From a virus, in the IMG/VR virus record IMGVR_UViG_3300042691_053605, positions 1 to 64,000 of that record: a DNA stretch of 64,000 nucleotides, one strand, 5' to 3'. Position 1 is the stretch's first letter. Each line of letters starts with the position of its first letter. This document shows positions 57,901 to 64,000 of this stretch, piece after piece. A program made the position numbers and the translations under genes. The notes beneath the pieces are model-generated. The model had not been told where the DNA came from. It did no database searches and saw only the letters and a program-made list of their open reading frames with translations.

Positions 57901-58426
57901 CATTACGGCCAGACAAAGAGGTATCAAAGTAATCAATTATTTCTTGGGTAGAAGCATTTAAGATTAAACGCTTAACTCCAATTTTTGATTCGTTTTGAGC
58001 AATATACTTTGTAACATCAAAACTTACCTTCATGGCAGGTGACATTAGGTTTTCAAAAAACCAATTGTTTTCGGCGGTAAATTTAGATGGCACCGTAACC
58101 GTTCCAATTCGTGGAGGGTCTACCGGTGTTTTAGTCTGAATGATTCTCTTAAAAGTTCCGTCAGGCATTCTGATGTACGCATCAGAATCAAAACCCATTA
58201 AGCTTGTAAGAGTATTATCAATTCTTTGAATTGAACTTTTAATTCCAGAAAAAGAAGGAATTGTATAAGTGCTAGTAGTACCATCGGTATTTTGCGTGGT
58301 GACGGTTATTACGTCAGCGTCCGTGGTTACTGCTTGAGATTGCTTTGCAATAATCTCAAGCGCATTGTTTTGTAGGCGAATAAACTCCGCTAAAACTGTA
58401 GAAAAACTGTTGCTGGTCCCTGCCAT
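54941..58426 (-). CDS. putative virion structural protein (1161 aa, internal coiled coil)
   Basis: ORF in the structural block; GATAAATAA upstream at 58442..58450. Confidence 0.65.
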   Translation of the reverse strand: MAGTSNSFSTVLAEFIRLQNNALEIIAKQSQAVTTDADVITVTTQNTDGTTSTYTIPSFSGIKSSIQRIDNTLTSLMGFDSDAYIRMPDGTFKRIIQTKTPVDPPRIGTVTVPSKFTAENNWFFENLMSPAMKVSFDVTKYIAQNESKIGVKRLILNASTQEIIDYFDTSLSGRNDIDYVNLLVDLQRKNYAYFVDEEIMDLPLSVVRYSGDFIVVSYRDQKVTLQDGTEVTKRRYLFNTIQYNDNLSVQANTMTLKIGDQLIKGESIYEVTEVDPTTKYVGVKRLRGYEPFVAGETVSVYSEVFSPKLANVGVGFDERQIVFFKNVNDEANLISTKWSPGTAFYSNNLTIDLAEGSLNLGEFYRTRVMDFGNQLISSTKNGVISALDGLTPDAPVLDPANFKVVQINQHKLDQAEIESIRKKASDKVRIESTINKLTESIDKKKEQLNTTNFSSTTERRGVQNELQSLIREKASQSSLYASIVKELNTATTDKPAALDSPKYRVRGFFNIPTPKFTEKTGFQEVVQFYVYYRYVNPAGNASDTKQYDFTSNTGETRRASFSNLVQVKSEIRRKSYDVSTGKYIWDAEDIENPDVININQVDIPISKGEKVEFYVISVSEAGWPVSPLTSVPSNIVTIDFPQELTGEDEAVIALNQASQEITKVQLEEDLNAKGLDIHLSSSFNAGEQYYAHSADVISSSFYDAAGQIISLYDKLKAMDSAIQEIQNAIASAKGELKVYLIDNDTSSKTEIQTGSTINLFAGYYVDYVALLPASAQRGAVINKIYTLSIENPIVATLELVSRFPGGLGDNLPVSLSSTDTDYQTSRRYDIVPIVNTSVANADTNNANKIASAFYQSGQLKSQFLYSRYTDIGLANPLYMDPPSGNTRHLTPNTPSAGTTNYVWSGGYTAGVPNGNGTLSNFCIHVAHPAISSGSPTLASLQQPTITTVNAEGYPEAPESVSAFRHSYNFNAGEKGYQQLRYQNNWSVNGPFPMVAPYTPLINEMPDKFGFTDNDRYLIGKNTCGSYLFVAPATFDQLLVDGTDYRAVKDVGTGESNAIQVPIIYQFRMTDFAGDNTGTGTGYVGGYDSTPGWTPPSQLNYSKKIGIDIYVKDTTVFSFDVAVKATYKRESLAQRVDEIQTSLVKTRENITYSKNTIKSLTS

Positions 58427-58470
58427 TTTGACCTTTTTGTTTTATTTATCCAAGTCAATGCAGAAATACC

Positions 58471-60639
58471 TTAGAAGATATCTACTGCAAACTGATAAGT
58501 TGCGGGGTCTAGACAGATGAGCTCGATGATAGGGTTATCTCCTTTTGCCGCAAATTGTGTGTAAGTAATAAATCCAATTTCTGCGGAGTACGGGAATCCT
58601 GTGTTAAGCGAGTCAAGAGCATCTGAATATATGATGAAATTGAAATTGCCGTTTGTATTTGACATATCGATTCCATTTTCAAAGGCTATTCTGAAAACCT
58701 GACCCTTTTGCCACTTATTGACTGTGTCGTTAACGTATAATATGATATCTCTATCGGTTGAAGGAGGGGCAGATGCCGTTCCGCCTTCGATCTTCAAATA
58801 ATTATTGTAGTCCAATAAGTTTCTTAAGAAGCTGTAACTTGTAGGATTAACCACAAAACTTGAAGGGAATGTAATAAGAGAGGTATCAGTAGTAGATGAC
58901 AATGTACCAATATTGTACATTTGTCGTGTATTAATTACCTTTGCACTTCCAGGACTGGATTTGTCAATGTTTATTCCCGCGCCTGGTTGTAAAAGATCTA
59001 AATTGTAAGAAACCTGAATGCTAGTAGTACCAGCATATATGTTGTTAATTTCCTGGTAAACATTTTCAATCATGTTTACCAAGTTTTGGTTATTTACAAA
59101 TACTTGTTGTGACTGCTCAATTAAGAGTTGCAAAGAATCCAAGCGTTGATTAATTTCAGCCGCGGATTGCGAATTAATGATTTGGTTATTGAGATCGTTT
59201 ACCTGGTTTTGTAGTGCTACCAATTGATTTTGATTTGCCTCAAGCAAATCTGAAGAATTCATCAACTGATTAAGAGCCTCCATAAACTGCTGTAATGAAT
59301 ACGGATTGTAGTCATTAATGCTGGTTTCAATTGAGGTATCTTGGCTGTTTACATCAAATTTGATATTTACACGGAAAGCGTAAGAGTTTCCGTTATCGCC
59401 GGTTAAAGAATTTGGTTTGTACTTGGTATACTGTGGAATAAACCCACCGCCGCCTGCCTGTGGATCTACGTTATCTAAAAATAGTATTCCAAATAGGTTT
59501 GTAGTAAAATTGGTAGAATCATTTGGATCATACAAATCATAATACAACATTACTGTATTGAAACTAAATGACTGCGAAACCGCTAATTCATTGTATTTAC
59601 CAAATTCCGTAATAGCGTTATTGACCATACCTGCATATGCAGTTTGATCATAAACAAGACTAATTCCGTCTAATCGGTTTCGTACAAATTCCGTTGTATA
59701 GTTTACACTTTCTATTTTTAGACGATCATTTGAAACGTCGCCAAACGAGGCATCCGTAAGATATGAATCCTGGTATGCATTAGTAAACCACCAATCATTT
59801 GCTACCCAGTTGCCTGCTACAATATCGTATTTGTAAAAAGTTCCATTTGCGCCTGACGGATCATTTACATCCAGAGTATTTAGAACCGAATCATAATATG
59901 CTTCTAAACTTAGTCCTGCAGGAGAAACTGTGTTTACATCTCTTCCAAAAAGATACGGAGCGTTTAACGGATTTGCTGGCGCATTCTGATATACTGTATT
60001 AGCCGCGTAATTGGCATCCGAAATAGAATCAAATAAGACTACCGGAGTATTACCGTGACTAGTAGGAACATAAATATAAACCTCAGAAAAAGCATTAAAA
60101 TTGTTTCTTACTGAATTGATAATGCTTACGTCACCAATGTACTTTATTACGCGGTTATAGAAAGAACTTGAATCTTCTTCAACATAAGCTTTTCCAGTTT
60201 GCCAGTTTTGAACTACTGAGGCAACGGCTTCTCCGCCATCCGCTTCACGGAAACGAATCGCTCCCATTTCCTTAAGCCACTTAAAGAAAACACGTTCAGA
60301 AACTGTGCGATTTAGATTAGGATCATAGCTGCTTTGACCAGTTAGTAGCGCTTCAAGATTTAAGCAATAGTTTTGAAAAGATTCACCAAAGTAATCGTTC
60401 CAAGATTTGCTACCATCAATTTGTTCATAGCCTCCTGGGATATTTTTTAAGCCAGTGGTATTACTTAAATCTGGTGAAGAATTTTGTAACGGAGGCAAGT
60501 CCAGCAAAGCAAATCGCGAAAAACGAAACTTTTTCTGTGAATCATTAAAAGTTAAGCCTAAATCTTCTGATGCAGAAGAAAAGGTATAAAAAGTTCCGCC
60601 TTGTAAGCGTATTGGTCTAATTAGTGGAGCTACTGCCAT
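58471..60639 (-). CDS. putative virion structural protein (722 aa, coiled coil)
   Basis: MAVAPLIRPIRLQGGTFYTFSSA start; Q/N-rich heptads. Confidence 0.65.
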   Translation of the reverse strand: MAVAPLIRPIRLQGGTFYTFSSASEDLGLTFNDSQKKFRFSRFALLDLPPLQNSSPDLSNTTGLKNIPGGYEQIDGSKSWNDYFGESFQNYCLNLEALLTGQSSYDPNLNRTVSERVFFKWLKEMGAIRFREADGGEAVASVVQNWQTGKAYVEEDSSSFYNRVIKYIGDVSIINSVRNNFNAFSEVYIYVPTSHGNTPVVLFDSISDANYAANTVYQNAPANPLNAPYLFGRDVNTVSPAGLSLEAYYDSVLNTLDVNDPSGANGTFYKYDIVAGNWVANDWWFTNAYQDSYLTDASFGDVSNDRLKIESVNYTTEFVRNRLDGISLVYDQTAYAGMVNNAITEFGKYNELAVSQSFSFNTVMLYYDLYDPNDSTNFTTNLFGILFLDNVDPQAGGGGFIPQYTKYKPNSLTGDNGNSYAFRVNIKFDVNSQDTSIETSINDYNPYSLQQFMEALNQLMNSSDLLEANQNQLVALQNQVNDLNNQIINSQSAAEINQRLDSLQLLIEQSQQVFVNNQNLVNMIENVYQEINNIYAGTTSIQVSYNLDLLQPGAGINIDKSSPGSAKVINTRQMYNIGTLSSTTDTSLITFPSSFVVNPTSYSFLRNLLDYNNYLKIEGGTASAPPSTDRDIILYVNDTVNKWQKGQVFRIAFENGIDMSNTNGNFNFIIYSDALDSLNTGFPYSAEIGFITYTQFAAKGDNPIIELICLDPATYQFAVDIF

Positions 60640-60654
60640 CCCAAGAATCTATTT

Positions 60655-61476
60655 TTAGAAGTAGGTTACGTCTCCGTGCGCTCCTATAACAATCCAGCCA
60701 TTTGAAGTTACCGCAAGATCAATCCAAATACCTCTAAATTTGGCGGTTGTACTGTTAATATTGTCGTTCAAAATAATGTTTGCTGCAAGAGTTGTATTGC
60801 TGAACGCAGGAGCAAATCCTGCACTGTTATTAATTTCAAATTGCAAGTTTGTAGGCGCTACGCTATCAAAAAGAAGAGTGATAATTTGCCCGTCATTTAA
60901 AGCGCTAGGCAGAGGTAAGACCAAGATATTATTAGGTGCAGTAACTGTACTTACATCCAAATGAACATATCTTGTATTTACATCAATATCATTTGATAAA
61001 ACACCCGTAAGAGTTTGTACATTTAGAAGCGGAGATTTTGTGGTAAATCCATAAAGTTGCTCATGCGCGTAAGAATCATTTTCAATATTTTGCAAATAAT
61101 TGGTAAGTACGTTTGTACCTGCGGTGCCTGCGGTATTATTAAAAGTTACATCGCCATCCGCATCCAAATTAGCAGTAATATCAGCATTACCTGTTACTGT
61201 CAGGGTTGAACTATTGGTAGCGGTACCTAGCGAAAGATTACCATCAATCTGTGCAGATCCCTGATTAAGGAATGTCACAACGCTGGCCGCTCTGGTATAT
61301 TTCAAAACCTGAACATCGCCAACATTCAGTGCCCCGCCAGGAACGTATGAAGTGTTTAGGCGAGTTTCTAAGGTATTAACCGCGTTTTGTAAAAGTGTGA
61401 AATTGTTATTGATCACAACTCGTGAAGCTGCAATATTGTCTCCACCAAGAATTTCTGTGATTGTTATTGTTGCCAT
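60655..61476 (-). CDS. putative baseplate/fibre structural protein
   Basis: GDNIAASRVVINNNF, similar to T4 gp9/gp10-type N-terminal motif and to the start of the 2096-aa protein. Confidence 0.6.
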   Translation of the reverse strand: MATITITEILGGDNIAASRVVINNNFTLLQNAVNTLETRLNTSYVPGGALNVGDVQVLKYTRAASVVTFLNQGSAQIDGNLSLGTATNSSTLTVTGNADITANLDADGDVTFNNTAGTAGTNVLTNYLQNIENDSYAHEQLYGFTTKSPLLNVQTLTGVLSNDIDVNTRYVHLDVSTVTAPNNILVLPLPSALNDGQIITLLFDSVAPTNLQFEINNSAGFAPAFSNTTLAANIILNDNINSTTAKFRGIWIDLAVTSNGWIVIGAHGDVTYF

Positions 61477-61504
61477 TTTCTAATGTTTTTTGAACTTTTC
61501 TAAA

Positions 61505-61513
61505 CTATATATC
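61505..61513 (-). promoter_or_regulatory. putative late promoter GATATATAG heading the structural block
   Basis: Recurring motif; overlaps the glycosylase stop codon. Confidence 0.55.
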
Positions 61514-62371
61514 TTCGCCTTCTGTGTTAGGCTTTGATTCTCTATATGATTCTGGAACAAATTCTTCCCATTGTGGATCATACCAAAATCTTCTACCAGT
61601 TTTATCAATAACCGAATGGCCTTTTTGATATGTTTTCATCCAATCATTAAAACCATGTGCAGGAACGCCATTAGGGTTTATCCAATCTTTTAATTGGCCG
61701 CCCCCTAATGTATAGGCATCTCGTACACATAAGTGTGTGGTTTTAAGCAGCAGTTCCAATTGATCAACTGTTAGCTCGTTTGCTATAGTAAACGGCATAA
61801 TACCGGTTCTGTGCAATATTTCCGCGCGAAGGTAATTACCTACCCCGTTAAAGTAGCCTTGATTCATTAAGACTTCATTAATAGGAAATCTAAATGCTTT
61901 GGAAGTCTTAAAATTAGCACGGATATTTTGAGTAAATTCATTGTATTCCGTAAGAGGACAGGGACCACGATTATTTGCCCAGTTCCCCCATTTCCATTTT
62001 GCAAAACGACGGATATCATGTAAAACCAGCAAGTCTCCACGAGTAGTAATCAGCCGCAAATGAGAATGCTTAAGAACTCGGTCCCTTTCCGGACTGTCAT
62101 GCCGAACCATAGCCCAGGATCCACTCATACCTAAGGTCACCATTAAATTTCGAATGTCTTCTCCTGCAGGTCCACCTCCAATCAGCTCTAAAATAAGTTT
62201 TAACTCCTTTCCACGGCTTTCGGCTTTTACCGTAAAAACGGCTCCACCGAAAGGATCCAGCTCTGTCTTTACTTTTGACACTGTTGATTTTTCAATTTGT
62301 TCAAAAAACTGATTGGCGGCAACTGCATTAATAAAGTCGCCCATGATTTTAACCTCGGCTAATTCTGGCAT
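61505..62371 (-). CDS. Fpg/Nei family DNA glycosylase/AP lyase, NEIL1-like
   Basis: MPELAEV, RGKEL, GMSGS, DIRRF, H2TH NGVGNYLRAEIL, zincless finger DKTGRRFWY. Confidence 0.9.
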   Translation of the reverse strand: MPELAEVKIMGDFINAVAANQFFEQIEKSTVSKVKTELDPFGGAVFTVKAESRGKELKLILELIGGGPAGEDIRNLMVTLGMSGSWAMVRHDSPERDRVLKHSHLRLITTRGDLLVLHDIRRFAKWKWGNWANNRGPCPLTEYNEFTQNIRANFKTSKAFRFPINEVLMNQGYFNGVGNYLRAEILHRTGIMPFTIANELTVDQLELLLKTTHLCVRDAYTLGGGQLKDWINPNGVPAHGFNDWMKTYQKGHSVIDKTGRRFWYDPQWEEFVPESYRESKPNTEGEDI

Positions 62372-63090
62372 TACAAAATGTTTTCTTGAATTGTTTGTGG
62401 ATGATAAATGTAAAAAATCTTTTCGGCAAGTTGTATCATGGCCTTAACGTCCTTTTCACAGTAGGCGACAACTCGATCAACTTGGCCGTCCCAATATACT
62501 CCATGTACCACGCTGCCATCAATATCATCTTTAGGAGTAGGAATTCCCATGCCAAAACAGGCTTCCTCAAATGTTACATCAAGAGAAGAACCGCTTTTCC
62601 ACATTTCTTTCATATCAAAAATGTTCATTTCCCACGGCTTCTTCTCATAAGAACTTAAGCAATTAGGAACCTGAATTCCGTTCATTAAGAGACGACGAAC
62701 AATCCATGGAACGTCAAAGTTTTTAATGTTCCAACCGGTTGGTATTAGGCCAGCAGAATCTGCTTTATGAAAAAGATTTGCAACTTTTTTCAAGAGCACC
62801 GTTTCATTTTCATCAGCAATGCTTTGGATTTGAAAGTCGCCATCTTTCCAGATTCCATAAGAAACGCAAGCAATTCTACCAAATTCTGGAAAAAGCGCTA
62901 CATTTTCTAAGAAGTCATGGTCAGGATCTCCTTTCCAGCTTTTTCCGTTTTGAAGTCGGTTACTCTTTTTTGCGAAGATTTCTCGTGCAATTTCTCCGCG
63001 GTCTTCAACCAGCTGCGACATATGCTTGCGTTGACCGCATGTTTCGATATCGAAGAACAAGAATTTCTTAAATTTTTCCCGTGAATACAT
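62371..63090 (-). CDS. PolB-exonuclease-like 3'-5' exonuclease (DEDDy)
   Basis: FFDIET, GWNIKNFDVP, YCEKDV. Confidence 0.85.
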   Translation of the reverse strand: MYSREKFKKFLFFDIETCGQRKHMSQLVEDRGEIAREIFAKKSNRLQNGKSWKGDPDHDFLENVALFPEFGRIACVSYGIWKDGDFQIQSIADENETVLLKKVANLFHKADSAGLIPTGWNIKNFDVPWIVRRLLMNGIQVPNCLSSYEKKPWEMNIFDMKEMWKSGSSLDVTFEEACFGMGIPTPKDDIDGSVVHGVYWDGQVDRVVAYCEKDVKAMIQLAEKIFYIYHPQTIQENIL

Positions 63091-63114
63091 ATTATGAATT
63101 TATTATTTAGTTCT

Positions 63115-63168
63115 TTTATACTGGGATTGTATAAAGTTTTCCAAAACCTTTTTCCAGATGTGTATAAA
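63115..63168. promoter_or_regulatory. divergent pair of AAAC-N14-GWATAWA promoter-like motifs
   Basis: Minus-strand copy 63115..63139 and plus-strand copy 63144..63168. Confidence 0.55.
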
Positions 63169-63226
63169 ATAGATATCGGAAGAAGGTAGGAATGAACTAT
63201 ATTCTAAGCACTAACAACCAACTAAT

Positions 63227-63496
63227 ATGAACGATAAAGACTTAAGAGCTATGGCTCAAGCACAAAGCAGACTTGATTTGTCTGACGCCCCTTGGCACGC
63301 ATGTGAAAAAGGCAATCTATTATATGATTACTCTACTATGTTTAAGAGAGTATCTCCACTTATTTCGCCCACCGGTAATGAAGAATTTGCTGCCGCTGAA
63401 GTTATTCTTTGCAAAACTTGCGGAAAGATTCCTCCATTCTTTGCAGAAAAAATGGGTGAAGTTCCTGCCGAATTAAAGTCAGATTGCACAAAATAA
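63227..63496 (+). CDS. hypothetical Zn-ribbon-like protein
   Basis: HACEKG...ISPTG...CKTCG. Confidence 0.7.
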   Translation: MNDKDLRAMAQAQSRLDLSDAPWHACEKGNLLYDYSTMFKRVSPLISPTGNEEFAAAEVILCKTCGKIPPFFAEKMGEVPAELKSDCTK

Positions 63497-63500
63497 TTAA

Positions 63501-64000
63501 ATGGCGCAGACAAAAATTCTAGCCATATCTTTTGCCTTCAATGAAATTAATTTCATTAAGTTAAAAAAACAATGGTGCAAAAATGAAAATATTGATCTCT
63601 ATATTATAGACAATATTTCTAATGATGGCACATGGGAATGCTTATTGGAGCAAGGCATTTCATGCCATCAATTTGATACAAATGGCGAGTTTCACCTAAA
63701 TAAGCTCCAGGATGAACTCATTAAAACTGTTCATGCTATTAAGCCTGATTGGATAATTTATATGGGCGCTGATGAATTTCTTTTTTCTCCAAATGGAATT
63801 AGAAAAGATATAGAAGAAGCGGATCGGCAAGGCTATACTGTCATAAATAATAAAACTTTAAACTTTCACAATACCGGTGAAAACTCAGACTTACATATGT
63901 TTGAAAAGTTTTTTTATTATAGCGATTACGGAACTCAGGTCAGAATAAAAAAGTACTCACCTAACATATCTTTGTGGGCTGACTATTTTGTAGGCGATAC
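63501..64000 (+). CDS. glycosyltransferase family 2-like protein (partial, runs off right edge)
   Basis: Manual translation MAQTKILAISFAFNE...IIDNISNDGT...DWIIYMGADEF. Confidence 0.72.
   Translation, partial: MAQTKILAISFAFNEINFIKLKKQWCKNENIDLYIIDNISNDGTWECLLEQGISCHQFDTNGEFHLNKLQDELIKTVHAIKPDWIIYMGADEFLFSPNGIRKDIEEADRQGYTVINNKTLNFHNTGENSDLHMFEKFFYYSDYGTQVRIKKYSPNISLWADYFVGD

Noticed and set aside
296-63071. Many short plus-strand ORFs in the track (e.g. 4757..5128, 30013..30384, 34994..35491, 41576..41974)
   Set aside because: Antisense shadows of well-supported minus-strand genes, with no motifs and atypical composition
1-64000. Stop-codon reassignment as in Lak or some crAss-like phages
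   Set aside because: Code 11 gives full-length genes and near-complete coding density; TAG and TGA both end genes
1-64000. Eukaryotic giant virus or bacterial chromosome origin, suggested by the NEIL1-like gene, NAD ligase and ClpP
   Set aside because: T4-type UvsX, UvsW, gp32, gp61, gp45 and gp52 genes, overlapping operons and intrinsic terminators indicate a tailed phage

Overview
This AT-rich, gene-dense window, almost entirely on the minus strand, comes from a large T4-related (jumbo-type) dsDNA bacteriophage that uses the standard genetic code. The host is probably a Bacteroidota member: starts lack obvious Shine-Dalgarno motifs, TAnnTTTA-type promoter elements occur, and one signal peptide follows the Q-rule. 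(1) 1-16 kb is a replication and nucleotide module: UvsX, a family-B DNA polymerase split into two genes 11.5 kb apart, a gp45-like clamp, ClpP, two topoisomerase II subunits, NAD-dependent ligase, NrdAB, an all-alpha dNTP pyrophosphatase and Hsp20. (2) 16.7-30.9 kb is an array of mostly unrelated small genes, about 20 of which start with the same peptide (MK[HY][VIL]x[TLS][FY]ExF[LV]xE). This resembles the T4 internal-protein capsid-targeting sequence plus a prohead-protease site, suggesting a large virion-packaged cargo set. The tagged genes include pol-beta and HIGH nucleotidyltransferases, an RNA-ligase-like enzyme, an ADP-ribosyltransferase-like protein and a Cys-His hydrolase-like protein. 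(3) 30.9-37 kb holds UvsW, an exonuclease, UvsY, primase, gp32 SSB and a RuvC-like resolvase. (4) 37-61.5 kb holds giant structural genes and a spanin-like membrane protein. (5) The right end has a NEIL1-like DNA glycosylase, a 3'-5' exonuclease and a partial glycosyltransferase. Three recurring promoter-like motifs partition the genes by function. No tRNA, rRNA, CRISPR array or IS element was seen. All annotation is from visual motif recognition; no database searches were run.
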